Source: Elusimicrobiota bacterium
GTDB taxonomy: Bacteria; Elusimicrobiota; Elusimicrobia; UBA1565; UBA9628
Length of the DNA: 64,000 nt
Assembly (NCBI GenBank): GCA_023249645.1
Contig: JAHFCF010000008.1
Location: 7,257 to 71,256, forward strand
Direction of reading: 5' to 3'
This document shows positions 33,899 through 43,483 of this stretch, piece by piece. The notes beneath the pieces are model-generated. The model saw only the letters and a program-made list of their open reading frames with translations. It was not told the origin of the DNA and ran no database searches. The position numbers were made by a program, and so were the translations under genes. Each line of letters starts with the position of its first letter. Position 1 is the stretch's first letter.

Positions 33899-35214
33899 GG
33901 ATAGATTCGATAGAGCATGCGCGGAAAGGCGATGGCCTCGCGGACGTGCTCGATGCCGCATAGCCACGAGGTGGTGCGCTCGATGCCCAAGCCGAAGCCT
34001 CCGTGCGGGACCGAGCCGTAGCGGCGCAGGTCCAGGTACCACTCGAAGGCCTCCTTCGGGAGCTTGTGCTTGGCGATCTGGGCTTCGAGGTAAGCCAGGT
34101 CGTCGGCGCGCTGGCCGCCGCCGATGATCTCGCCATAGCCCTCGGGGGCCAGGACATCCACGCACAGGGCCAGGCGCTCATCGGCCGGGTCGCGCTTCAT
34201 ATAAAAGGCCTTGACCTCGGCGGGGAAGCGGTGGACCATGACCGGCTGGTCGAACTCCGAACAGACGGCCGTCTCCTGGGGTGCGCCGAAGTCATCTCCC
34301 CAGACGAAGGGGACGTTCTTTCTCTTGAGGATGGCCGCGGCCTCGTCATAGCTGATGCGCGGGAAGGGGGCCGCGATCTTCTCGAGCTTGGAGGTGTCGC
34401 GCTCGAGCTCTTGGAATTCTTTGGGACAGGCCTTGAGCACATAATTCACGACGTGCGAGACGAAGCGCTCGGCCGTGTCCATGACGCCGTTCAAGTCGCA
34501 GTAGGCGATCTCCGGCTCCACCATCCAGAACTCGGTCAAGTGCCGCCGCGTCTTGGAGCGTTCAGCGCGGAAGGTCGGGCCCAGGCAGTAGACCTTGCCT
34601 AAGGCCATGGCCGCGGCCTCCATGTAGAGCTGGCCGGACTGGGTGAGGTAGGCCTTGCCCTCCTCGAAATATTCGAGCTCGAAGAGGTTCGTCGTGCCCT
34701 CGCAGGCGCTCGGCGTGAAGATGGGGGCGTCCACCTGGGTGAAGCCTTCTCCATCGAAGAAATCGCAGATCGCGCGCTTGACCTGATGGCGCACCCGGGC
34801 GATGGCCGCCTGCTTGCGCGAGCGCAGCCAGAGATGCCGTTGGCTGAGCAGGAAGTCCGGGCCGTGCTCCTTGGGGCCGATGGGGTATTCCGGGCCCTGG
34901 TGGACGACGACGAGGTCCTTGACCGCGAGCTCGACGCCTGAGGCCGCGCGCGCATCCGCCTTCACCGTTCCGCGAACGACGATCGCGGCTTCCTGGGCGA
35001 GGGACTTGGCCTTCTCGAAAACCTCGGGGGGTACGTCGCCCTGGAACAGGACGCACTGGCAGATGCCCGAGCCGTCGCGCACGAGCAGGAAGGCGAGCTT
35101 GCCCTTCAAGCGCATGTTGTAGAGCCAACCCTGGAGCGTGACCTCTTGGCCGATCTTTGAGGTCAGGTCCTGGATGCGCGCTGCGGGCGGGAACGTATCG
35201 GGCAGAGTGGTCAT
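33895..35214 (-). CDS. asnS: Class IIb aminoacyl-tRNA ligase, asparagine--tRNA ligase-like (or archaeal-type AspRS)
   Basis: 439 aa. It has the N-terminal OB anticodon-binding domain, motif 2 'FRAE', and motif 3 '[10 protein letters not shown]'. Its size fits AsnRS or short AspRS. Confidence 0.8.
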   Translation of the reverse strand: MTTLPDTFPPAARIQDLTSKIGQEVTLQGWLYNMRLKGKLAFLLVRDGSGICQCVLFQGDVPPEVFEKAKSLAQEAAIVVRGTVKADARAASGVELAVKDLVVVHQGPEYPIGPKEHGPDFLLSQRHLWLRSRKQAAIARVRHQVKRAICDFFDGEGFTQVDAPIFTPSACEGTTNLFELEYFEEGKAYLTQSGQLYMEAAAMALGKVYCLGPTFRAERSKTRRHLTEFWMVEPEIAYCDLNGVMDTAERFVSHVVNYVLKACPKEFQELERDTSKLEKIAAPFPRISYDEAAAILKRKNVPFVWGDDFGAPQETAVCSEFDQPVMVHRFPAEVKAFYMKRDPADERLALCVDVLAPEGYGEIIGGGQRADDLAYLEAQIAKHKLPKEAFEWYLDLRRYGSVPHGGFGLGIERTTSWLCGIEHVREAIAFPRMLYRIYP

Positions 35215-35260
35215 GAGGAAATCCTAGATAAGACGACTATACTTAAAATTGAAGGGCCGC

Positions 35261-38077
35261 TTAAGAGGGGTTCTTGCGCAGCGCCTCTGTGAGGGCCGTC
35301 CAATATCCAAAACTGCTTGCAAATTCTGACTGCAAGGGAGCATCAACGACTTCCGGTTCCGGTCGGGATTCTGAGGAGAACTTGTTGGGGAAATTGATTT
35401 TAGCCGATCGGATCAACTGCCCCTCGGATCCTACCAGGAAAAACATGGCTTTCCCATTTTCTCCCAAGGAGAAAATGTAATGTCCGACTTGCGATTTCCC
35501 TTGAGAGGAATAGGCGTAGGAATACAGGGCATGGAGCCTCTTGGTTCCATCAGGAGATTTTTCATAGAAACCCGGCATATGCCATGCTTTGATCTGTGAG
35601 TCTGCGGGCAGCCGGAACATCTTGATGGCACTCGCCGCATTATTCGAGGTCAGGGTTCTGCCCTTGCCGGCGACTTGTTCGACCATGAAGCTCCACGCTT
35701 GCGGCGGGATCTTCGGCGACTTGGGCTGGGCCGCTGCTTGGGTCGGTCCGCTCCCTTTAGTATTTGTGGGGCTGGCTGGCGGGGTCTCGGCTTTGGCCTG
35801 GGGTTGTTCGCTCGGAGGAGGCAGCTGTTTTTTTACGGTATCGAGGATGAATTCCTTCAGACCGGCAAAGCCGGTCTTCAGGTCCTTGGGCGTCGGGTTG
35901 TAGCGGATGCTCCCTTTGACTCCCCAGTCCTCGAGCGTATCTTTCAGGCTGCCATCGAGCAGCCTGCGGATGGCCATGCTGGCGGTGTAAGAAAAGCCGG
36001 CGATGCCTTCACTGTTGAGCAGCTCCAGGGAATGCACGACTCCGCCGGCGCCGGCCGTGTGCTCGCCGGCGACGCTGACGATCAGGGCGCGCCCATTGTC
36101 CTGCAGGATGGCGGGCATGAAGTCTCCGCCGGAGAAGTCCAGCGGGTTCGTCAAGAACACGATGGGCTTGGTGTAGCGCTCCTCCGCGTTGTCCACGGGC
36201 TGAATATAGTCGATGCCTTGCAAAGCCATGGGTTCCGTGAAGCGCGTCTTGACGTCGGCGAATTGCTCCACGATGAAGAGCGCATACTTAAAGAGGCCCT
36301 TCATGAATTCCGGGGTGATCGGATAGCCGTCCGCTGTAGGCTGCCTTCTCACAATCTTAGGCTGAGGTTGGGGCTGCGGGTTTTCTCCTGCGGCTTTCTC
36401 CGGAGCCTGGGGGCCGCCTGGGGGGGTCATCATCTGCTGAAGCCGGCTGAGAAGCTGCCTGGCCCAAGTGTATTCCGGCTCTCCGATCTTGAGCTGGTGT
36501 TTGGGGGTGATGAGAGGCTTGTCCGTGAGATGGGAGGCCAGGGCATAGAGGTAGAAGACAGAACCGCCCGGATTGTTCATCTGGTCGATGACCAAGCCGT
36601 CGGTTTCCTTTTGGAACAGGACGATGATCTTCTTGAACTCTGCGACTTCCTTATCGCTGCCGCTGTAGCTGGAGATGCGCAAAAAGCCGATCTTGCGTTG
36701 GTCCACGGTCTCGAAGATGGCAGGTCGGAAGGGATTGTCCGGGGGGCCCTGCCAGAGGATCTTCCCTAAGGGCGGGAGCATGCTCTCCGGAGAGCCGACC
36801 ATGTGGGGATTGCTCTTATGGGCTCCCTCCACCATCTGCTCGAAGATCGCGATATGCGGATGGGCGACCTTGGAGTAGGCGAGCTTGATGAGTTTGAGCA
36901 CCGCGTCCATCCCAGACTCGGGCGCGTCGTTGTCCGCATCGAGCCCCGATTGCGGCTGGTTGAGCCCTCCGCTGGCTTTGGGAGACGATGCATCGTCGGG
37001 AGGGACATCGCTTGGATACTGCTCCTCGGTGATGACCCATTTCGTCTTGATGTCGAATGCCTGGTCCGGCTGGCCCTGCGCCTCTCGGCGGATCTTGAGA
37101 GAAACCTCGTTGGAGGCGGGGAGTTGGTCGCCCCTAGCGCGGCGCTGATTGGTCAGGAAGATCGCAGCCAAGAGGCGGTTCGTGTCCGGAGAGCTGCCCC
37201 CCGCTTGGGCGGCCAGCTCGTCGATGGCGGCGGCCACGGGCCGGCCGTTGAATTCGACGATCTCGTCGCCGACCTTCAAAGCGGCCAGCTCGGGTTGCTG
37301 CGCGCTGGGGCTGATGAAGGCCACGTAGTATCTGTATTGGCCGTCCACGAGCATCGGGATCACCGTGAGCGGCAAGCGCGCCCCTCCGGTGGCATAGAAC
37401 ATGGTGCTGTCGTGATAGTTGAGTACGGCCGCGAAGAATCTTCGCAGGCGGACCTGGAATTCGGCGACCGTGATGTTCGGGTTGGAGACGATGGCTCTGT
37501 AGAACTCCTTGTAATGCCCCTGGATGTCGATGTGGAATCGTTCTTCCTTCTTGCGGAGGGGCGCATCGTTCTTGAGGAAAACGTTGTAGATGTAGTTGAG
37601 GCTGGTCCGCATGTCCTCGCGCAAGGCATCGAGAGGTTCGGACTGGCTGTCGGCCGACGCGCCGGCTCCGGCGGCGTCTTCCACGTCGTTGGTCAGCGCC
37701 TCGACGACTTCAAATCCAAGACCCTTGGCCGCGTCATCGGTCATTTTTCCGATCGGGCCGACCTCCAGGCCCCGCTGTACTCGCCGGGATTTCGCGGCGA
37801 TCTTGTCCCCGATGCTCCGCGGGCCTGTTTGAGGAGCGGGCATCGCTTGGGGAGTCGGAGCAGGGCTGAGGATCCCCGCGCTGGGCGGCAGGAGAGGCGG
37901 AGTTTTTGAGAATTGTTCTTGCGGAGCGGCGATGTTGGCGCCCACGGGCGGGACGAATACGGGCGGCAGCAAAACGGGGACCAGGAAGGCTTTCTTCGCT
38001 GTCGGTCCTTGGGCGAAGACAGGGTTCGAGAGGCAGGCCAGCAGCCCGACGGCGATGAATGCTTTAAAAAGGCGCAT
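35261..38077 (-). CDS. Secreted S41-family peptidase (C-terminal processing / tricorn-core-like), large multidomain
   Basis: Start at 'MRLFKAFIAVGLLACLSNPVFAQG' (signal peptide, GGAG Shine-Dalgarno). 'IDQMNNPGGSV' is the S41 hallmark, with a downstream 'LTNPLDFSGGDF' Ser region. It is Pro-rich with low-complexity linkers. Confidence 0.7.
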   Translation of the reverse strand: MRLFKAFIAVGLLACLSNPVFAQGPTAKKAFLVPVLLPPVFVPPVGANIAAPQEQFSKTPPLLPPSAGILSPAPTPQAMPAPQTGPRSIGDKIAAKSRRVQRGLEVGPIGKMTDDAAKGLGFEVVEALTNDVEDAAGAGASADSQSEPLDALREDMRTSLNYIYNVFLKNDAPLRKKEERFHIDIQGHYKEFYRAIVSNPNITVAEFQVRLRRFFAAVLNYHDSTMFYATGGARLPLTVIPMLVDGQYRYYVAFISPSAQQPELAALKVGDEIVEFNGRPVAAAIDELAAQAGGSSPDTNRLLAAIFLTNQRRARGDQLPASNEVSLKIRREAQGQPDQAFDIKTKWVITEEQYPSDVPPDDASSPKASGGLNQPQSGLDADNDAPESGMDAVLKLIKLAYSKVAHPHIAIFEQMVEGAHKSNPHMVGSPESMLPPLGKILWQGPPDNPFRPAIFETVDQRKIGFLRISSYSGSDKEVAEFKKIIVLFQKETDGLVIDQMNNPGGSVFYLYALASHLTDKPLITPKHQLKIGEPEYTWARQLLSRLQQMMTPPGGPQAPEKAAGENPQPQPQPKIVRRQPTADGYPITPEFMKGLFKYALFIVEQFADVKTRFTEPMALQGIDYIQPVDNAEERYTKPIVFLTNPLDFSGGDFMPAILQDNGRALIVSVAGEHTAGAGGVVHSLELLNSEGIAGFSYTASMAIRRLLDGSLKDTLEDWGVKGSIRYNPTPKDLKTGFAGLKEFILDTVKKQLPPPSEQPQAKAETPPASPTNTKGSGPTQAAAQPKSPKIPPQAWSFMVEQVAGKGRTLTSNNAASAIKMFRLPADSQIKAWHMPGFYEKSPDGTKRLHALYSYAYSSQGKSQVGHYIFSLGENGKAMFFLVGSEGQLIRSAKINFPNKFSSESRPEPEVVDAPLQSEFASSFGYWTALTEALRKNPS

Positions 38078-38249
38078 GCAGATCTCCTTGTCTGGAGGAT
38101 TTTCTCTGAGCATATACTAACATCACCCAGGCTTTTGCCTCTGGGTCCATTGGACTAGGAAGGGGGCGGCAAAGGACCTAGATGAAAATAGGAAAAAAGA
38201 CCTATTTTCTAAGAGCCGCTCGTCTCAGCAGGGATCGCTGGATGTTCCG

Positions 38250-38365
38250 GCAGACTGATCCACAAGCTCTTCGCGCGAAGAGTCTGTCAGATGAAATTGG
38301 TGCGCACCAAGTTGATGAACTGTGTCCGGACACAGTCGCCGATTGGGTCCAACTCGGCTCAGGCC
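38250..38365. repeat. Palindromic intergenic repeat element, copy Y (TGATCCACA + CTCTTCGCGCGAAGAG + TTGGTGCGCACCAA + TGTGTCCGGACACA + CCAACTCGGC)
   Basis: It has the same hairpin order as copy X. It lies between the S41 peptidase start and the XRE gene. The spurious ORF 38182..38373 covers it. Confidence 0.6.
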
Positions 38366-38468
38366 GAATTTGATGGATAGATCGGCCAGAAAGTTTGTTG
38401 AAACTTAGATATCTTATATGATATGTATCTATTTGGTTGAAAGCGGACTGGTTGAGGAGGAGCGCGGC

Positions 38469-38771
38469 ATGAAGACCAAGATGGGGGGCAAACGGATTCT
38501 TTTTCGCGATGATTTAAAGGAGCGGCTCAGGGATCCGAAGTTCCGCCAGGCCTTTGACGCGGCGGACGCGCCAGTCCGTCTGGCGGTCGCGCTGGCGCAG
38601 GCGCGGGTCAGCGCGGGGTTGACGCAGAAAACCCTCGCTCACGCTCTCGGCACCAAGCAATCGAATATTTCCCGCATGGAGAAGGGAATCCAGAATGTGA
38701 CAGTCGGCACCCTGGAAAAGATCGCCCAGGCGCTTCACCGGAAGCTGGAAATCAGGTTCCGTCCCGCTTAG
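38469..38771 (+). CDS. XRE-family HTH protein, HigA/antidote-like (orphan antitoxin)
   Basis: Start at 'MKTKMGG' behind GGAGG. 'LTQKTLAHALGTKQSNISRMEKG' is a classic Cro/C1 HTH. No partner toxin ORF is present in this window. Confidence 0.6.
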   Translation: MKTKMGGKRILFRDDLKERLRDPKFRQAFDAADAPVRLAVALAQARVSAGLTQKTLAHALGTKQSNISRMEKGIQNVTVGTLEKIAQALHRKLEIRFRPA

Positions 38772-40012
38772 GCCGCGCCGCTTTTCTCAGCGAGAAGGCG
38801 GACCAGATGGAGCGCGGTCTCGAGGGATTTCTCCATGGAGTAGAGCGAGGCCCATTCCGTCTTGGAGTGGGCGTTCGAGCCGCCCATCCAGATGTTGGGC
38901 GTGGGCAGACCCATGGCCGTCAAGCGCGAGCCGTCCGTGCCGCCGCGGATGGGGACCCAGCGGGGCTCCAACCCCGCGCGCTTGACCGCTTCTTCCAAGA
39001 CTTCGAGCACCAGGGGATTCTTCTCCAAGATGGGGCCCATGTTCCTGTAGGATTCAAGCGCTTCCACGGCGATCGCGGCCTTGGGATGGAGGGGCCGGAC
39101 CTCGGCGACGATGGCCTCCACGCGCTTTCTCAAGGCCCTGAGCCCCTCGGTCTCGAAGTCCCGCAGGAGGATCTTGACCACGGCCTTGCCCACTCCGGCT
39201 TCCAGGGCGTAGGGGTGGATGTACGGCTGGCGGCCTTCGGTCGTCTCGGGAGCCATGTCCTGGGGGAGTCTGGCCACGATCTCGCAGGCCGCGCGCGCGG
39301 CGTTGACCATGATGTCCTTGGCTGAACCGGGATGGATGTCTCGGCCTGTCACGGTCACCAGCAGCGTGTCCGCGCTGAAAGTCTCCTTGTTGATCTCGCC
39401 CGCCTTGTCGCCGTCGATGGTGTAGGCCATGTCCGCGCCGAAGGACTTGAGGTTGAAGAACTTGGAGCCTGAACCGACCTCTTCGTCCGGGGTGAAGGCG
39501 ATCTTGACGTCGCCGCGGGGCATCTTCGGGTCCTTCATCAAGGCCTCGGCCAGGGCCATGACGATGGCGACTCCGGCCTTGTCGTCGGCGCCCAAGAGCG
39601 TGGTGCCGTCCGTCGTGACGACGGTCCGGCCCATCTCCGAAGCGAGCTGCGGGTTCTCCGAGACGCGGATGACCGCGGAAGGGTCTTTGGGAAGGACGAT
39701 GTCCCCTCCTTTATAAGTGAGGATCTGTGGCTTGACGCCCGCGCCCGAGACCTCCGGCGAGGTGTCCACATGGGCGATGAAGCCCACGACCGGGACTTTG
39801 GGCCTGTTGCCCGCCAGCGAGGCCATGACATAGCCGTGCTTGTCGAGCTTGGCGGTCTTGATGCCGAGGGCTTTGAGTTCCTTGACGAGTATCCTTGAGA
39901 GGTCGAGCTGTTTGGCGGTGCTGGGGAAATCAGGCGAGTCTTCCTGGGATTGCGTGTCCACCTGCACGTAGCGCAAGAAGCGATCGAGGAGCGGGTTGCT
40001 TCTGGGCCTCAA
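38768..40012 (-). CDS. pepT: Peptidase T (tripeptide aminopeptidase, M20B)
   Basis: 414 aa with M20 metal ligands ('HVDT', 'GADDKAG', 'DEEVG') and an overall PepT architecture. Confidence 0.9.
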   Translation of the reverse strand: MRPRSNPLLDRFLRYVQVDTQSQEDSPDFPSTAKQLDLSRILVKELKALGIKTAKLDKHGYVMASLAGNRPKVPVVGFIAHVDTSPEVSGAGVKPQILTYKGGDIVLPKDPSAVIRVSENPQLASEMGRTVVTTDGTTLLGADDKAGVAIVMALAEALMKDPKMPRGDVKIAFTPDEEVGSGSKFFNLKSFGADMAYTIDGDKAGEINKETFSADTLLVTVTGRDIHPGSAKDIMVNAARAACEIVARLPQDMAPETTEGRQPYIHPYALEAGVGKAVVKILLRDFETEGLRALRKRVEAIVAEVRPLHPKAAIAVEALESYRNMGPILEKNPLVLEVLEEAVKRAGLEPRWVPIRGGTDGSRLTAMGLPTPNIWMGGSNAHSKTEWASLYSMEKSLETALHLVRLLAEKSGAA

Positions 40013-40668
40013 GGCTTCTTGGTCCCGGCCGAGTAGCGCGCGGCGGCCTTGTCGAGTTCGCGCAGATCCTCAGGGGAGAGCTCGGCTTGCCTGCCGGCCA
40101 GAAGCGTGCCTTGGACGACCTCGGCGAAATGCTCGACGAGCTCCATGCGGTTGGAGGCCTCGAAAAGGTTGCGGCCATAGACGACCACGCCGTGGTTGCC
40201 CATAAGGACGGCCTTATGGCGCGGGACGAGGTCCGCCATCGCGGCGGCCACATCCGGCGTGCCGGGAGTGCCGTATTTGGCCAGCGGTACGATGCCCAGA
40301 TCCATGGAGAATTCGCTGGCGATGGGCTGGTCGAGGGCCAGGCCGGCGCAGGCGAAGGCCGTGGCCTTGGGAGGATGGGCGTGGACCACGGCATGGATGT
40401 CGGGCCGCAGCTTGTAGATCTGCAGGTGCAGGTCCTTTTCCGAGGAGGCCTTGAGCCGGCCGAAGCGATGCTGCCCGTCGGGCGAGAGCACGACCATGTC
40501 CTCGGGCTTCATGGAGCCCTTGGAGACTCCCGTGGGCGTGATGAGGATGCGCCAGGCGTCGAGGCGCACCGAGAGATTGCCCGATGTCGCGGGGCAAAAG
40601 CCCTTGTCGCAGAAGAGCTTGCCGTAATGGACCAGCTCGGCCCGATGCTGCGCGTCGGTTTTATTCAT
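40009..40668 (-). CDS. Class II aldolase/adducin-family protein (fuculose-phosphate aldolase / MtnB-like)
   Basis: 219 aa with 'TPTGV' and the 'HAHP' metal site. It overlaps pepT by 4 bp. Confidence 0.8.
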   Translation of the reverse strand: MNKTDAQHRAELVHYGKLFCDKGFCPATSGNLSVRLDAWRILITPTGVSKGSMKPEDMVVLSPDGQHRFGRLKASSEKDLHLQIYKLRPDIHAVVHAHPPKATAFACAGLALDQPIASEFSMDLGIVPLAKYGTPGTPDVAAAMADLVPRHKAVLMGNHGVVVYGRNLFEASNRMELVEHFAEVVQGTLLAGRQAELSPEDLRELDKAAARYSAGTKKP

Positions 40669-40669
40669 G

Positions 40670-41674
40670 TTAAAAAGCTGCCTGGAGCGCTTCCTGGATC
40701 CGTCTTTTTTGATAGGGGATCAGGACTTTCGTGAACATGTCCTGAGCCTGCGTCAAGCGGGGAAACATTTTTTTCTGGATCAGGTCGCTTTTGCGGGCGA
40801 TGACGGTGGAGATCGGCGTGCCGGCGGCTTGGTCCTGGATGTCCTGGTCCGCATCCGCCAAGAGATCGTCGCACATCGTCACGAGGCGGGAGAAAGCCGC
40901 GCGCGCTTGCGGCAGGACCGGGTCCATGGCGTCGCGGATGGATCGGACGGCCGAGTCGCAGCGCGACCAGCGATCGAGAGTCTGCTCCAGAGGATTGTGG
41001 AGATGGGTGATGAGGGAGATGCGGCTGGTCGCCTGGAGGATCTGGTCGGGATCCGTCGGCATGCGGCCGGGCTTGAAAAGCAGGCTGAAATAACCGGGCA
41101 GGATGGTCCGGAGGTCTTGAAGCGGCATGGAGGCGAGGATCGGGGGGTCCGCTTGCGGGATCTCCGCGGCGTAGCCGTCGATGTGAGAGGCCAAGACGCG
41201 GGAAGTCTGCGCGTAGAGCGAGCGCCTCTTCTTTTCCACCCCCAGGCGTTGGGGAAGGGATCGGGGCAGGACGTCGCCGAACTCGTCTTGGACCTGTGTG
41301 TCGTTGTCCGGGTCCAGGGCGCTGTCGATCGCGGTCATGTATCCTTGATAGATCCGTTTGCGATTTTCCCATGAGATCTTGCGCGATTGGGGATCGGCCA
41401 TGAGGTGGAGCGCCATCGCTTGCGCCTGCTTGTGATCCGTGTTGGATAAGTGGTCATCGTCGATCAGGGCTTTGGAGATGTCGTCGTGGATCCTGGAGAA
41501 GTCGCGCTGGAGTCTGTCGAGCGACCAGGCGGAGGGGTCGTTCGGGTTTCCGTGCGTGCGCCAGGAGGCTACTTGAGCGGAGTTGACTGGTCTGCTTGCG
41601 GGCGCAGCCGCCCCAAGTCCCATGGGCAAGACCCAGGTCAGAACAGCGATTGTCGCCAGCTTGTTCTTCAGCAT
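40670..41674 (-). CDS. Secreted hypothetical protein (GNPNDP-motif family, distant paralog of 15921..17276)
   Basis: 334 aa with a signal peptide. 'WRTHGNPNDPSAW' and a C-terminal 'LIQKKMFPRL' block are shared with the 15921..17276 protein. Confidence 0.45.
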   Translation of the reverse strand: MLKNKLATIAVLTWVLPMGLGAAAPASRPVNSAQVASWRTHGNPNDPSAWSLDRLQRDFSRIHDDISKALIDDDHLSNTDHKQAQAMALHLMADPQSRKISWENRKRIYQGYMTAIDSALDPDNDTQVQDEFGDVLPRSLPQRLGVEKKRRSLYAQTSRVLASHIDGYAAEIPQADPPILASMPLQDLRTILPGYFSLLFKPGRMPTDPDQILQATSRISLITHLHNPLEQTLDRWSRCDSAVRSIRDAMDPVLPQARAAFSRLVTMCDDLLADADQDIQDQAAGTPISTVIARKSDLIQKKMFPRLTQAQDMFTKVLIPYQKRRIQEALQAAF

Positions 41675-41754
41675 GGATTCATTTTAGCGTAAAAAAGATT
41701 CTCGCGATAGAGTCCTTTGGGTCTTTTGGTCCGTTATGATATCCTTATGGAGCT

Positions 41755-42951
41755 ATGAAACCAGAGAAGATCCGCCCTGCCAGGCGCACGCGGGACATCA
41801 CCTATGCCGTGCGCGACGTCGTGGCCCTGGCCCAGGAAACGGCCAAGACCGGCCGCGAGATGCTTTACCTCAACATCGGCGACCCCAACAAGTTCGATTT
41901 CACCACCCCGCCGCACCTCATTGAGGTGGTGCTCAAGGCCATGCGCGACAATCACAACGGCTACTCCCCGTCCTCCGGCATCCCCGCGGCCGTCAAGGCC
42001 GTCGAGAAGGACTCCGCGGCCAAGGGCATCAGGAATATCCGCGATGTCTTCATCACCAGCGGCGGCAGCGAGGCGATCGAGATCGCGCTCACCGCCCTTG
42101 TGGACCGGGGCGACAATGTCCTCATCCCCTATCCCGGCTACCCGCTCTATGAGGCGGTCCTGGCCAAGCTCGAGGCCGAGGCCAGGCCCTATTTCCTCGA
42201 CGAGTCCAAGGGCTGGCTTCCTGATCTCGACGACATCCGCTCGAGGATCGACTCCAAGACCCGGGCGATCGTGCTCATCAACCCCAACAACCCCACGGGA
42301 GCGGTCTATCCCCGCGAGCTCCTGCGATGCATCTTGGCCTTGGCCGCTGAGAAGGGGATCCTGGTCTTCTCGGATGAGATCTACGACCGCCTGGTCTTGG
42401 ACACCGTCGAGCCCGTGTCCATCGCCTCCCTGGACAGCGAAGCGCCGGTCTTGACCTTCAACGGCCTTTCCAAGGGATTCCTCGCGCCAGGCTGGCGCAT
42501 GGGCTGGGGCGTGGCGAGCGGCAACGGCGAGATCCTCAAGGACTATCTGGCCGGCGTCAACAAGATCCTTCGCGCTCGGCTGTGCGCCAGCCACCCCATG
42601 CAGCACGCCGTGGCCGCGGCCCTGGAGGGGGAGAAGGCTTTCCTGGCGCAGACCCGCGAGAAGCTGCGCCGGCGTCGCGACATCACCTGCGAGATGCTCA
42701 ACGGCCCCGGCATCTCGACCGTGCGGCCTCAGGCCGCCTTCTACGCCTTCCCCAAGCTCGACATCCAGGGTACGGACGAGGATTTCGTCAAGAAACTCAT
42801 CCAGGAGACCGGCGTTGTGACAGTGCACGGTTCGGGCTTCGGCCAGAAGCCCGGCAGCAAGCATCTGCGCGTCGTGTTCCTGCCGAGCGAGGATGTCCTG
42901 CGCAAGGCTTATGGGAATCTCCTGGAGTTTCTGAAGACACACCGCCGATGA
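41755..42951 (+). CDS. Pyridoxal-phosphate-dependent aminotransferase, class I (AlaA-like)
   Basis: 398 aa. 'SKGF' carries the PLP lysine, and the fold-type I spacing and 'NPNNPTG' are present. Confidence 0.9.
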   Translation: MKPEKIRPARRTRDITYAVRDVVALAQETAKTGREMLYLNIGDPNKFDFTTPPHLIEVVLKAMRDNHNGYSPSSGIPAAVKAVEKDSAAKGIRNIRDVFITSGGSEAIEIALTALVDRGDNVLIPYPGYPLYEAVLAKLEAEARPYFLDESKGWLPDLDDIRSRIDSKTRAIVLINPNNPTGAVYPRELLRCILALAAEKGILVFSDEIYDRLVLDTVEPVSIASLDSEAPVLTFNGLSKGFLAPGWRMGWGVASGNGEILKDYLAGVNKILRARLCASHPMQHAVAAALEGEKAFLAQTREKLRRRRDITCEMLNGPGISTVRPQAAFYAFPKLDIQGTDEDFVKKLIQETGVVTVHGSGFGQKPGSKHLRVVFLPSEDVLRKAYGNLLEFLKTHRR

Positions 42952-42954
42952 GGA

Positions 42955-43050
42955 GAGCTTGGTGCGCGCCAAGTTGAGGGGTGCTGTGTCCGGACACAGT
43001 TCCAACGCTGGCCCAACTCGGCCTGGACCGAGTCGGTGGATAACTCCGCT
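42955..43050. repeat. Palindromic intergenic repeat element, copy Z (TTGGTGCGCGCCAA + TGTGTCCGGACACA + CCAACTCGGCC…CCGAGTCGGTGGATAA)
   Basis: It is the same family as copies X and Y. It ends with the reverse complement of copy X's 'TTATCCACCGACTC'. It overlaps the 5' end of the cupin ORF. Confidence 0.55.
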
Positions 43051-43483
43051 GATCCGGAGTCTGCGCTTGAAACCCCACGTGGAGGGCGGATTCTTCCGCG
43101 AGACGTATCGGGCGCCTGGCCGCATTTGCCGCGCGACGTCCATCCTCTTCCTGCTTCCAGCCGGGAGCGTGTCGCGGCTGCATCGGATCAAGTCTGACGA
43201 GATATGGTTTTTTCATCTCGGAGGCCCTCTTGTCATCGTCGAACTCGATGAGAGTTTAGGCCGCCTTCGTCGCACGAGGCTGGGTCCACAGTACTGTCTG
43301 CAGCACACGGTCAAGGCTGGGACTTGGTTCGGCGCTTATCCTGAGAAGGCGACGAAGTTTTCCTTGGTCGGCTGCGTCGTGGCCCCAGGCTTTGACTTTA
43401 AGGATTTTGAACTCGCTCAAAGAAAAACGCTTTGCCGTGCGTTCCCGCGCTATCGCCGGCTCATCGAGAGGCTTACCGCATGA
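42959..43483 (+). CDS. Cupin-fold protein (DUF985-like); 5' boundary uncertain because the first about 25 codons lie inside repeat element Z
   Basis: A 'LRLKPHVEGGFFRETYR' (PHPEGG-type) motif and a 'GTWFGAYP…GCVVAPGFDFKDFE' cupin core. The conserved domain begins about codon 25 (near 43031) with no canonical start codon nearby. Confidence 0.5.
   Translation: MVRAKLRGAVSGHSSNAGPTRPGPSRWITPLIRSLRLKPHVEGGFFRETYRAPGRICRATSILFLLPAGSVSRLHRIKSDEIWFFHLGGPLVIVELDESLGRLRRTRLGPQYCLQHTVKAGTWFGAYPEKATKFSLVGCVVAPGFDFKDFELAQRKTLCRAFPRYRRLIERLTA

Noticed and set aside
33899-34165. N-terminal 89-codon extension of the WD40 ORF
   Set aside because: It lies inside the AsnRS-like gene in another frame. The lipoprotein signal start at 33898 gives an ATGA overlap with the AsnRS-like stop.
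38182-38373. 63-aa plus-strand ORF
   Set aside because: It is composed almost entirely of the palindromic repeat element Y. No RBS is present.
41734-43191. 485-aa minus-strand ORF antisense to the aminotransferase
   Set aside because: It is an antisense GC-frame artefact with no motifs, and overlaps a well-supported CDS.
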